Assembly (NCBI GenBank): GCA_046542255.1
Contig: JBKHBT010000002.1
Coordinates: forward strand, 33,700-97,699
Reading direction: 5' to 3'
Source of the DNA: Candidatus Zixiibacteriota bacterium
Lineage (GTDB): Bacteria > UBP14 > UBA6098 > JBKHBT01
Length of the DNA: 64,000 bases
Shown: positions 48,991-59,066 of the stretch, one piece after another
How the letters are laid out: each line of letters opens with the position of its first letter
How positions within the stretch are numbered: position 1 is the stretch's first letter
The notes under the pieces: model-generated
The model's database searches: none
Told to the model about the DNA's origin: nothing
Seen by the model: the letters and a program-made list of their open reading frames with translations, nothing else
Position numbers and translations under genes: made by a program

Positions 48991-49779
48991 ATGAGAATCG
49001 TAGTATGCGTAAAAGAAGTTCCCGATACGACAGAGGTCAAGATCGACCCAGAAACCAATACGCTAATTCGTAGTGGTGTTCCATCGATAATAAATCCATT
49101 TGATTTGAATGCTCTAGAAGAAGCTCTCAAACTAAAAGATAATATCGGTGCAGAAGTAATTGTTCTTTCTATGGGGCCTCCGTCAGTCGAAAAGAATCTT
49201 CGTGAGCTTCTTGCAATGGGATCGGATAAGGCCATTTTACTCACCGACAGAGCCTTCGCAGGTGCCGATACATGGGCGACTTCATTGACAATTTCAGAAG
49301 CTATTAAAAAAATTGGCGATGTCGATCTTATTATTACTGGTAAACAGGCCATCGATGGCGATACGGCACAGGTTGGACCTGGAATAGCCACCTTTTTGGA
49401 TTATCCGCAGGTCATGTTTGCTCAGAGCATAATCGACACAAGTGATTCATCCATCAAACTGAGGCGGTCTATCGAGGATGGACATCAGGTAGTAGAAATC
49501 CAATTGCCAGCAGTGATTTCAATAATCAAAGGCTCCTCGGACCCGCGACTTCCATCTCTTCGTGGGATGATGAAAGCCAAGAAAGCCGAAATCACAAAAT
49601 TAACATTGGATGATTTGGGCCTGGAACCAGACAATGTCGGCCTTTCAGGATCACCTACAAGAGTGGTTAAGATATTCTCACCTCCCAAAAAAGAAGACGG
49701 CGAAAAATGGGAAGGCGAGCCAACAGAATTAGCTACAAAACTCATCGATACTTTGCAGGCTGATGGTCTGATTTCCTAA
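48991..49779 (+). CDS. etfB: Electron transfer flavoprotein beta subunit
   Basis: VCVKEVPD, INPFD..ALE.A, FAGADTWAT, GKQAIDGDTAQVGP, GL.GSPT.V. Confidence 0.95.
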   Translation: MRIVVCVKEVPDTTEVKIDPETNTLIRSGVPSIINPFDLNALEEALKLKDNIGAEVIVLSMGPPSVEKNLRELLAMGSDKAILLTDRAFAGADTWATSLTISEAIKKIGDVDLIITGKQAIDGDTAQVGPGIATFLDYPQVMFAQSIIDTSDSSIKLRRSIEDGHQVVEIQLPAVISIIKGSSDPRLPSLRGMMKAKKAEITKLTLDDLGLEPDNVGLSGSPTRVVKIFSPPKKEDGEKWEGEPTELATKLIDTLQADGLIS

Positions 49780-49784
49780 TCGCA

Positions 49785-50543
49785 ATGTTTCTAAACTATA
49801 GTCATTATAAAAATTCTAAGCCCGAGAAATGGCTTTTGATATCCGATAGTGCAGATACCGGCGCGCATAATATGCAAAAAGATGTTATGCTTCTTGATAT
49901 GGCAATTTCTGGCGACTTACCGCTTCCTATCCTTAGATTCTATAAATTTTCTCCTGCCGTTATCACTTTAGGACATCATCAGAAAAAAGACCCCTTTGAT
50001 TTCCAGCTTCTCGAGAAAGATGGCCTTGAACTTGTCCAAAGGCCTACTGGCGGCCGCGCGATTCTTCATGATGACGAACTGACTTATTCTATCATCGTGC
50101 CAAAAGGTTTTCGACTTTCGGGGCAATCTGTTCCCAAAAGCTATTTATACATTAGCATGGGGCTGGTAAAAGCTTTTCAGAATCTCGGTTTGGATGCCAA
50201 GCTACTTCCTGGGACTCGAGGTTATATCAAAAATCCTTCTTGTTTTTCCAGTGCCAGCAAATTTGAGATTGCCTGTAATGAAACCAAATTTATTGGAAGC
50301 GCACAGAAAAGAAAAGAAGGCGCTATTCTCCAGCAAGGCTCTATCCTACTCGGCCCTGCCTATAAAAGAATCGATAAATACTTGCCAGAACCCACCGGCC
50401 TCGAGCATAGCACATCGATTGAAGAGCTTCTTTCATCGCGGCCATCGAGACTCGAGCTGGAAAATGCTATCATTGAAGGACTTGAAAAGGTACTCAAAAT
50501 CTCATTCATCCCCACTAAAACTTTGAATATTAAGCACGATTAG
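49785..50543 (+). CDS. Lipoate-protein ligase / octanoyltransferase (LipM-like, catalytic domain only)
   Basis: NM..D, LRFY, RPTGGRAILH, ELTYS, K..GSAQ.R. Confidence 0.85.
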   Translation: MFLNYSHYKNSKPEKWLLISDSADTGAHNMQKDVMLLDMAISGDLPLPILRFYKFSPAVITLGHHQKKDPFDFQLLEKDGLELVQRPTGGRAILHDDELTYSIIVPKGFRLSGQSVPKSYLYISMGLVKAFQNLGLDAKLLPGTRGYIKNPSCFSSASKFEIACNETKFIGSAQKRKEGAILQQGSILLGPAYKRIDKYLPEPTGLEHSTSIEELLSSRPSRLELENAIIEGLEKVLKISFIPTKTLNIKHD

Positions 50544-50638
50544 CTTGACAAGATTTTACTGTAAAATATTTTATAGGTTCTTATCTCCTTTAATAACAAA
50601 GATTTGCAAAGCTTAAAAAATAAATTTCAAAATATTAC

Positions 50639-50666
50639 TTGACATACGGGTTTTTAAAAATATAAT
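50639..50666 (+). promoter_or_regulatory. Consensus sigma70 promoter upstream of the XRE regulator
   Basis: TTGACA-N16-TATAAT. Confidence 0.7.
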
Positions 50667-50824
50667 ATTAATAAGCGCAAGGAGTTTTGCACATAATGTT
50701 ATCAAAGAAAAAAGGAGTGAAATAAGAAATTTGTAAATTTATTTTTTATCTAAATTTATTCATTATTGAATTTATGGTGTTTCAACCTAAACTGTATTGT
50801 TATTTATTTATTCAAGGAGGTCTT

Positions 50825-51196
50825 GTGGAGACATTGGGGCATAGAGTAAAAAAGCTGAGAATTAAGAATAATCTCAGCCAACGCCGGCTGGCAAAGATGG
50901 TTCACACCAGTCCGGGACTTATCTCATTCATAGAAAGAGATCGCAATCGTCCAAATTACGAGATTATTGCTCGTATAGCAAACAAACTAAGTACATCGAC
51001 AGATTATCTTATTTTTGGCGAAAAAAGACAGGCAAGCCAGACAGATATATCAAAACTTGCAATCAGAGAACAGGAATTGATCGAGAAACATGATTTATTA
51101 AATCGTATGTCAAATCTTTCTCATGTGGATCAGAAGATTATTCTTCAAATACTATCTCGCATGGAAAGAAAAGCTAAAATGCGCATCTCTTACTAA
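50825..51196 (+). CDS. XRE-family helix-turn-helix regulator
   Basis: GTG start after GGAGG; LG.RVK.LR....LSQ..LA......IS.IE.....P....I..IA..L..S.DYL.FG. Confidence 0.85.
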   Translation: METLGHRVKKLRIKNNLSQRRLAKMVHTSPGLISFIERDRNRPNYEIIARIANKLSTSTDYLIFGEKRQASQTDISKLAIREQELIEKHDLLNRMSNLSHVDQKIILQILSRMERKAKMRISY

Positions 51197-51258
51197 AAAA
51201 GTAAAAATTTCAAGGAAGGTTTTATAGGAAATAATTAAAAGTTTGTAATCTTTAATTC

Positions 51259-51290
51259 AAATGCAATGGACTAGTCCATTGCATTTTTTT
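51259..51290 (+). terminator. Perfect 28-bp palindrome with T tract, terminator after the XRE gene
   Basis: AAATGCAATGGACT|AGTCCATTGCATTT followed by TTTT. Confidence 0.8.
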
Positions 51291-51313
51291 ATTTTCAGCT
51301 GGTTTTTTCTTAA

Positions 51314-51871
<558 letters not shown>

Positions 51872-51891
51872 AATATTTCCAATGTTTTTTG

Positions 51892-51925
51892 ATATCAGAT
51901 GCCATTTATAAATGGCATCTGATAT
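51892..51925. repeat. Perfect 34-bp palindrome between rpsG and fusA
   Basis: ATATCAGATGCCATTTA|TAAATGGCATCTGATAT. Confidence 0.9.
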
Positions 51926-51947
51926 TTGTATATATAAAGAAGGAATA

Positions 51948-54047
51948 ATGGCTGCTAAAAAGAATTCATTACACATAAGAAATATAGGTATTGCAGCACA
52001 TATCGATGCTGGCAAAACGACATTAACAGAAAGAATTTTGTTCTATAGTGGTAAGACCCATAGAATTGGTGAAGTCGATGAAGGCAGCGCAACTATGGAT
52101 TGGATGGAACAGGAGCGCGAAAGAGGTATCACAATCACTTCTGCTGCTACATCTACAAAATGGCGAAACCATACCATAAATATTATCGATACTCCCGGCC
52201 ATGTTGACTTTACTGTCGAAGTACAGAGGTCACTGCGTGCTCTGGATAGTATGATCGCCGTTTTCTGCGCTGTTGGCGGTGTCGAGCCACAGAGTGAGAC
52301 CGTATGGCGACAGGCCAATCAATATGAAATTCCCAGAATTGCTTTTGTAAATAAACTCGACAGAACCGGAGCAGACTTTTCCGAGGCTGTTAAGATGATG
52401 AAAGAAAATCTCGATGCGAGAGCCTGCCCTATTGCTATGCCTTTTGGCGAAGGTAATGATTTCAAGGGTATCATCGATATTATCGATAGGAATATGATTA
52501 TCTATCATGATGAAACTCAGGGACGAGAATTTGGAATATTGGATATACCAGATGAACTAAAAAGCCAGGTTGATGATTTGCGCTGGGAGCTTTTGGATAG
52601 CCTTTCGGAGGATGATGAAGAACTTACGGAAATGATCCTGGAAGAAAAAGAAATTCCGACCGAGAAGATCAGAGCTTGTATTAGAAATTCCACTATTAAT
52701 CATAAATTTGTACCAGTTCTCTGTGGTAGCGCACTTCGTAATCGAGGAGTTCAACCTGTGATGGATGGTGTTATCGATTATCTGCCTGCACCAGAAGATA
52801 TCGGCGAGGTTACTGGCTCTGATCCAAAAACTGGAAAGCCTGTAACCTTCGAAATGAATGAAGATGAACCTTTATCAGCCGTTGTTTTCAAAATTGCAAG
52901 TGATAAATATGTCGGTAGAATTTCCTATGGAAGGATCTATTCCGGCAAAATGGACCTAAAACATGCCATATTCAATCCCAGAGCCGGAAAACGCGAAAGA
53001 GCTAATAAGATTTTCCATTTCCACTCCGACCAGAGAACAGAGATCGATATTGCGAGGGCTGGCGATGTTGTCGGTATAGCAGGACTCAGGTTCTCCAAAA
53101 CAGGCGATACGCTCTGTGATCTGAAAAGGCCTGTCTTTTTTGGGGAAATGCATTTCCCCGAGCCTGTGATATTCGTAGCTATCGAGCCTAAATCCCAGGC
53201 AGATATGCCAAAGCTTACCAAGGTTCTCGAACAGCTTCAAGATGAAGACCCAACTGTCGAGGTCAAGATTAACGAAGAAACTGGGCAGATGATCCTTTCG
53301 GGCATGGGCGAGCTTCATTTAGAAATTCTTGTCGATAGAATGATGAAGGAATTTAGCCTCGATGCAAGAGTAGGAAATCCGCAGGTTGCATATCGTGAAA
53401 CGATTACTAAAACTGCCAAAGAAACCGGAATATTCAATAAGAAAATCGGCGATATTATACAATATGCATCGGTAACAATCGAGGTTTTCCCACTGAAAAA
53501 AGCCGATGATACACATAAAACCGGTAAGAAATTCATCAATGATGTACCAAAGAATTTTCAAATCGATGATGCTTTTGTCGAGGCTATCAAAGAGAGCGTT
53601 TTGGCTTCGGCAGAAAGCGGGCCTATCGGCGGTTACCTTTTAAATGATGTCGGTATTAGATTGACAGATGTTGAATACAATGAAGACTCGACGACTGAGC
53701 TGGCTTTCCGAATTGCAGCAGGCAATGCCTTTTCACAGGCGATACGCAATGCTGGAGCTGTTCTACTCGAGCCGATGATGAAAATCGAGATACTACTTCC
53801 CGATTCTTATGTAGGAGATGTTATTTCGGATTTGGGGATGCGTGGCGCACAGGTGCAGGGCATAGAACAAAAGGGCGACCTCAAAAAAATCACCGCAATA
53901 GCTCCGCTATCTGAAATGTTTGGTTATACTACTTCGCTCCGTTCACACACCCAGGGCCGTGGAACATATTCAATGGAATTCGATTCATTCCAGAGATTAT
54001 CCGGCTCGAGAGAAGAAAACCTAATGAAAAAAATTCGTGGCTATTAG
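51948..54047 (+). CDS. fusA: Elongation factor G (divergent domain IV)
   Basis: AHIDAGKTT, RGITI, DTPGHVDF, NKLD, GMGELHL, PQVAYRETI, LLEPMM, LRS.TQGRG. Confidence 0.93.
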   Translation: MAAKKNSLHIRNIGIAAHIDAGKTTLTERILFYSGKTHRIGEVDEGSATMDWMEQERERGITITSAATSTKWRNHTINIIDTPGHVDFTVEVQRSLRALDSMIAVFCAVGGVEPQSETVWRQANQYEIPRIAFVNKLDRTGADFSEAVKMMKENLDARACPIAMPFGEGNDFKGIIDIIDRNMIIYHDETQGREFGILDIPDELKSQVDDLRWELLDSLSEDDEELTEMILEEKEIPTEKIRACIRNSTINHKFVPVLCGSALRNRGVQPVMDGVIDYLPAPEDIGEVTGSDPKTGKPVTFEMNEDEPLSAVVFKIASDKYVGRISYGRIYSGKMDLKHAIFNPRAGKRERANKIFHFHSDQRTEIDIARAGDVVGIAGLRFSKTGDTLCDLKRPVFFGEMHFPEPVIFVAIEPKSQADMPKLTKVLEQLQDEDPTVEVKINEETGQMILSGMGELHLEILVDRMMKEFSLDARVGNPQVAYRETITKTAKETGIFNKKIGDIIQYASVTIEVFPLKKADDTHKTGKKFINDVPKNFQIDDAFVEAIKESVLASAESGPIGGYLLNDVGIRLTDVEYNEDSTTELAFRIAAGNAFSQAIRNAGAVLLEPMMKIEILLPDSYVGDVISDLGMRGAQVQGIEQKGDLKKITAIAPLSEMFGYTTSLRSHTQGRGTYSMEFDSFQRLSGSREENLMKKIRGY

Positions 54048-55507
54048 TAATCGATCCTTTGCTTTACATTCCATAAAAATCGTGTCGCACCATAGGGAGT
54101 ACCAAACCATATAAAATCGCCATCGGGTACAACAGAATGGACAATATTACTCGCAATCCCATCTGATGCTTCATACCACATCCAACTCTGGTCTTCTTTG
54201 CGAAATCTAAGCACGCCTTTATTGGTGCCAAACCAGACATATCTTTCGGTGGGAGCGATGTCAAAGAATCTGAGATATTTCCCATAATCGAGCCTATCGA
54301 AAATTCTTAATGGACTTTGCCGCAATATTCCATAATCCGAAGCAATCCAAAGCGTAGAGTCGTATTTATCATAGGCAATAGCATCGATATAACCTTCAGT
54401 TACGTAGTCATCTGTGGGATAATACTTGACCCCATCGTCTAGGGTATAGAAATATATCTCATTTTCGGTTCCAATCCAGAGCGTATCTTTGTTTTTTGCA
54501 AAGCAAGTTATTTGGCCGAATGTTGGCTTTGTAAGCCTTTGAATACGAAGGCTAATCGGATCTATTTTGGAAAGGCCTGATTTGGTTCCTGCATAGATTC
54601 TTTCTTCAAATTCGATAAGAGCCGAAACAGAATCTCCAAGTAAATTGTTGGTATTTGACAAAAATCTTTCTGTTTGCATATAGTCCGGGTCTATAACTGC
54701 TATTCCTTCTGGAGTACCTGCAAAAAGCATCCCGTTGCTCATGGCAAATGCACTAATTTCTGAATTTCGGAGAAGGCTTGTCGTATCTGCCATCGCCCAT
54801 TCCCATTTTTGATCGAAATCCCATTTTGTGATAGCGCATTCCTGATTATAGCCAATAGATGTTCCGCCCAAAAAAATGTTATCATCACTAATATAGATTT
54901 GCTGGGCTCTATCGCTTCCAAGTCCCACATTCACTCTTTCTGCCCTTTGGGAGAACTCATCCATATTAAAAATCCCTCCGCCAATAGTTCCAATCCATAT
55001 ATTTTGACCATCTCGAATGCAACATGAAATCGGATATCTCTCGAAATTGCGGCCGATGAAGGCATCTCTTTGTTTATCGTAGAACATTCCAATCGGTGGG
55101 ATTATCTCCTCGAAATCATACTGGCAGCCAAAGCTCCACTGGACTTCATCGGGGATAAAACTAATCGGTGACATCTCGCCCAATGAAGATTCCGATACTT
55201 TATAGGCCCCGAATTCTGTGCGAATCAAAAGATCGTCCCAGGTTGTATCTATTGCAAGAGCTATCGGAGGATTTTCCACAAGGATATCGAAATATGTATA
55301 TGGAAGTTTCCATTCATCATAAATCCAGTCATAGCGAATTATGCCATTGTCTGCCAGAAAGTAAATATAATTTTGGCTTTTGGCTATATCTCTAATCGAG
55401 CGAATAGCAAAAAATGTCTGGAAATCCCCATATTGATAGGCCGGCCTTGCAGATGCTAATGCAAACAAAAGGCCAATTAATACAAGAAGAAGTATTTTTC
55501 TATCCAT
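54044..55507 (-). CDS. Secreted beta-propeller protein (two-component-regulator-propeller-like blades)
   Basis: Signal peptide; repeated (I/L)W(I/F)GT..G motifs, DG..SN.V. Confidence 0.7.
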   Translation of the reverse strand: MDRKILLLVLIGLLFALASARPAYQYGDFQTFFAIRSIRDIAKSQNYIYFLADNGIIRYDWIYDEWKLPYTYFDILVENPPIALAIDTTWDDLLIRTEFGAYKVSESSLGEMSPISFIPDEVQWSFGCQYDFEEIIPPIGMFYDKQRDAFIGRNFERYPISCCIRDGQNIWIGTIGGGIFNMDEFSQRAERVNVGLGSDRAQQIYISDDNIFLGGTSIGYNQECAITKWDFDQKWEWAMADTTSLLRNSEISAFAMSNGMLFAGTPEGIAVIDPDYMQTERFLSNTNNLLGDSVSALIEFEERIYAGTKSGLSKIDPISLRIQRLTKPTFGQITCFAKNKDTLWIGTENEIYFYTLDDGVKYYPTDDYVTEGYIDAIAYDKYDSTLWIASDYGILRQSPLRIFDRLDYGKYLRFFDIAPTERYVWFGTNKGVLRFRKEDQSWMWYEASDGIASNIVHSVVPDGDFIWFGTPYGATRFLWNVKQRIDY

Positions 55508-55569
55508 TAACCTCCAACCATAATTTCATATTGTATAATAATACATATCAGAACAAAAGTAAAGAGTGG

Positions 55570-56544
55570 CTAATTTTTGTTCTTCTCTTTCTCGAGTATC
55601 TCTAAAATTTGGGCCATATCTGCAGGCAATTCCGCTCTGGCTTCGATTTTTTCGCCAGTAATCGGATGATCCAATACCAGCTTTTCGGCATGTAGCATCT
55701 GTCTATCAGTGAGATCTACAAGTCTTTTGGCAAATATTCGATGCATTGGTGAAATACCGCCAATCCTTTCCATTCTACCTGCGTAAGTCGGGTCGCCTAA
55801 AATTTGATGGCCGATATGGTCGAGATGAACGCGTATTTGATGAGTCCGGCCTGTGTCGAGCTGTATGGAAAGATCTGTAAGAAAATCATAATATGCTCTA
55901 ACTGTGTAATGGGTTACCGATTTTTTTCCATCCTCTACAACCGCCATTCTCAGATGGTCTGATGGGTGATGCCCGATAGGTGCATCGATAGTACCAATAT
56001 GCCTATCGGGATGCCCCCAGCATATTGCTCGATAATGTCTATAAATCTCTTTTTTGGCAAGGTCATCAGAAAGCTTGAGATGTGCGCTCTCTGTTTTAGC
56101 TACCACTAGTAGTCCGGAAGTATCTTTGTCGAGGCGATGGACAATACCCGGCCTTGTATCGCCGCCAACAGGAGATAACTTATGAGTATGCGCCAAAACT
56201 GCATTGACAAGAGTGCCAGAACGATGCCCTCGAGCAGGATGAACAACCATCCCGGCCGGTTTATTGACTATCAGCATATAATCGTCCTCATAGACAATAT
56301 CCAGAGGGATATCCTCTGCTTCCAGTGTGATATTAGGCTCATCAGGAATCTCGACAATGATGTGCTCGCCGCCTTTTAGTATGAAATTGGGTTTGGTACC
56401 CTTCCCGATTACTTTAATCTTCTTTCGGCGAATCAGTTTTTGTATCTTCGATCTCGACAGGGGGACTGCTACCTGGACCAAGAAAAGATCCAGCCTCGTC
56501 CTCTCTATCTCCGTCGGGACCATTATTTCCATCTTTCTTGACAT
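55570..56544 (-). CDS. rluD: RluA/RluD family pseudouridine synthase with S4 domain
   Basis: RLD.FL, SRS.IQ, NKPAGMVVHP, HRLDKDTSG, TGRTHQIRVH, LHA. Confidence 0.92.
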   Translation of the reverse strand: MSRKMEIMVPTEIERTRLDLFLVQVAVPLSRSKIQKLIRRKKIKVIGKGTKPNFILKGGEHIIVEIPDEPNITLEAEDIPLDIVYEDDYMLIVNKPAGMVVHPARGHRSGTLVNAVLAHTHKLSPVGGDTRPGIVHRLDKDTSGLLVVAKTESAHLKLSDDLAKKEIYRHYRAICWGHPDRHIGTIDAPIGHHPSDHLRMAVVEDGKKSVTHYTVRAYYDFLTDLSIQLDTGRTHQIRVHLDHIGHQILGDPTYAGRMERIGGISPMHRIFAKRLVDLTDRQMLHAEKLVLDHPITGEKIEARAELPADMAQILEILEKEKNKN

Positions 56545-57007
56545 TTTTTAACTCTACACTAAAAAGTAAAATAATTCCAATTAATATTGCAGCATCGGCT
56601 ATATTAAATGTAGCCCACCGAAGATCGCCGATACCAAAATCCAAAAAATCAGTTACTTCGCTAAATCTGATCCTATCGATGAGATTACCAACTGCCCCGC
56701 CCAAAAGTAAACCAACAGAAAATACACCGAAATTATTCCTGCTTTTAAATAGCTCACGGAAATAATAAGAAATAAGCGCAATTCCGATCACCGAGAATAA
56801 TATATAGAGCGCATTGCCTCCTATTTTAGTACCGAAAACACCTCCGGGATTCTTAGCCAATGTCAATCTGAAAAAATCTCCAATTACTCGAACTGTATTG
56901 CCGGCAGGTAATCTGCGAAGGGCTAATTCCTTGGTTACCTGATCGAGTAATATTATTACGATTGTTGTAATTGAAAAGGTCAGTATTGCTTTTTGTTTTG
57001 TTTTCAT
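56414..57007 (-). CDS. lspA: Lipoprotein signal peptidase II
   Basis: DQ.TK, N.G..F, GGAVGNLIDR, V.DF, FNIAD. Confidence 0.93.
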   Translation of the reverse strand: MKTKQKAILTFSITTIVIILLDQVTKELALRRLPAGNTVRVIGDFFRLTLAKNPGGVFGTKIGGNALYILFSVIGIALISYYFRELFKSRNNFGVFSVGLLLGGAVGNLIDRIRFSEVTDFLDFGIGDLRWATFNIADAAILIGIILLFSVELKNVKKDGNNGPDGDREDEAGSFLGPGSSPPVEIEDTKTDSPKED

Positions 57008-57108
57008 TTAGCCTCTTTGATTCTGTTTGCAGCAAAGATAATAAAAAATGTGCGATTTGACAATAAAACCGCACATTTTCATCAAATAAATATTAAGAAA
57101 GGCTATTA

Positions 57109-58365
57109 TTATGCGCCTTTTCTTACTTTATCTTTATAAATGTATTCTGGGTCTTTTTCTTCCTTTATTACATCGATATCGATAATACATTTTGAGAGGT
57201 CGTTCAATGATGGAAGCTCGAACATTATATCACAAAATACCCTATCGACTATACTTCTTAATGCCCTGGCGCCAAGATTTGTTTCTCTTGCCTGAGAAAC
57301 AATCTCATCGATAGCTTCATCCGTAAGCTCAAGCTCGACATCTTCCATACGGAAAAGCTCTTCATATTGCCTAAGAAGTGCATTCTTTGGTTCACTAAGA
57401 ATCTTCTTGAGAGCCTTTTTACTAAGCGATTTTAAAGCTACTGTATGCGACAGTCTTCCAACCATTTCTGGAATGATTCCGAAATGAATGAGATCTTCCG
57501 GAATTACTTTTTCCATAAGTTCATTCTTTTTCAATTCATAATCATTCTGATTATCGTCCTGTGAAAATCCAATGGTTTTTTTGCACATTCTCTTTGCTAT
57601 AATCTCTTCGATTCCGGCAAAACTACCGCCGCAGATAAAGAGAATATCTCTTGTATCGACTTCTATCAAGGGTTGCTCCGGATGTTTTCTTCCTCCCTGT
57701 GGAGGAACATGTGCTTTTGTACCTTCGAGAATTTTGAGAAGGGCCTGCTGCACACCTTCACCAGAAACATCTCGTGTGATAGATGGGCTTCCGCCTTTAC
57801 GGCCGATCTTATCCAGTTCATCTATGTAGATAATGCCCATTTGAGCCTTATCCACCTGATAATTTGCCGACTGTAATAATCTGACGATGATATTTTCAAC
57901 ATCCTCCCCGACATATCCAGCTTCGGTTAGAACAGTAGCATCTGCTATCGCGAATGGCAGATTGAGGAATCTTGCCAGAGTCTGCGCCATAAGGGTTTTA
58001 CCTGTTCCAGTTGGGCCAAGTAGTACGATATTGGATTTCTCGATTTCAACATCGCTACTCTTGCGCTTCGAACGGTGCAGTAGCCTTTTGTAATGATTAT
58101 ATACTGCTACCGAAACTGCTCTTTTGGCTTTATCCTGGCCGATAATATATTCATCGAGGAATCCCTTGATTTCTTTGGGAGCCGGGAAGCTATCTTCTGT
58201 CCAAACCGATTGCAGGGCATTTTTGTCCTGAACAACCAGGTCATAGCATATACCGACACAGCCATCGCAAATATAGACATCATTGGGTCCAGCAATTAGC
58301 TTGCCTACTTTGTCAACAGATTTGCCACAGAATGAGCAGCGTCTTGAATCACTTTTAGAAGCCAT
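57109..58365 (-). CDS. clpX: ClpX ATPase
   Basis: CSFCGK...[43 protein letters not shown]. Confidence 0.97.
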   Translation of the reverse strand: MASKSDSRRCSFCGKSVDKVGKLIAGPNDVYICDGCVGICYDLVVQDKNALQSVWTEDSFPAPKEIKGFLDEYIIGQDKAKRAVSVAVYNHYKRLLHRSKRKSSDVEIEKSNIVLLGPTGTGKTLMAQTLARFLNLPFAIADATVLTEAGYVGEDVENIIVRLLQSANYQVDKAQMGIIYIDELDKIGRKGGSPSITRDVSGEGVQQALLKILEGTKAHVPPQGGRKHPEQPLIEVDTRDILFICGGSFAGIEEIIAKRMCKKTIGFSQDDNQNDYELKKNELMEKVIPEDLIHFGIIPEMVGRLSHTVALKSLSKKALKKILSEPKNALLRQYEELFRMEDVELELTDEAIDEIVSQARETNLGARALRSIVDRVFCDIMFELPSLNDLSKCIIDIDVIKEEKDPEYIYKDKVRKGA

Positions 58366-58382
58366 ATTTACTCCGATTCATT

Positions 58383-59006
58383 TTACTCTGATTCATCATT
58401 TTTGTCATTTTCGAGTGCATCCGATGGCTTATCATAGACTCTATCTATCAATCCATAATCCAGAGCTTCATCCGATGATAAGAAATAATTTCTTTCTGTG
58501 TCTTCCAAGACTTTCTCATAAGGCTGTCCAGTATGTTCAGACATGATCTCTAATAGCTTTTTCTTGAGTTTTCTAAGCTCTTTTGTATGAATCTCGATGT
58601 CGGTAACTTGCCCCTGTACACCACCCCAGGGCTGATGTATCATAACCCTTGAATTGGGCAAAGAGCCTCTTTTGCCCTTGGCCCCGCCAGTTAATAAGAA
58701 TGCGCCCATAGAAGCAGCCTGGCCGATGCATATTGTAGCGACATCGGGTTTGATAAATTGCATTGTGTCATAAATAGCCAAACCAGCAGTTACACTACCA
58801 CCAGGTGAATTTATATATAAATGTATGTCTTTTTTGCTATCATCGGCATCCAAAAAGAGTAATTGCGCAACCACAGCATTGGCGATTGCATCATTAATTG
58901 GGGTACCGATAAAAATTATTCTATCTTTTAATAAACGCGAATAAATATCGTATGCGCGCTCTCCGCGACCAGTCTGTTCGATAACCATTGGAATAAGCTG
59001 GCTCAT
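58383..59006 (-). CDS. clpP: ClpP protease
   Basis: [31 protein letters not shown]. Confidence 0.97.
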   Translation of the reverse strand: MSQLIPMVIEQTGRGERAYDIYSRLLKDRIIFIGTPINDAIANAVVAQLLFLDADDSKKDIHLYINSPGGSVTAGLAIYDTMQFIKPDVATICIGQAASMGAFLLTGGAKGKRGSLPNSRVMIHQPWGGVQGQVTDIEIHTKELRKLKKKLLEIMSEHTGQPYEKVLEDTERNYFLSSDEALDYGLIDRVYDKPSDALENDKNDESE

Positions 59007-59066
59007 GAAAACTCCTTTTTATAAGGATTCTGGGTATAAAAATATTTTACGTAAAAGAAAAAAGGA

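Noticed and set aside
50774-51290. XRE gene as a prophage repressor or toxin-antitoxin component
   Set aside because: No divergent cro, phage gene, peptidase or toxin neighbour
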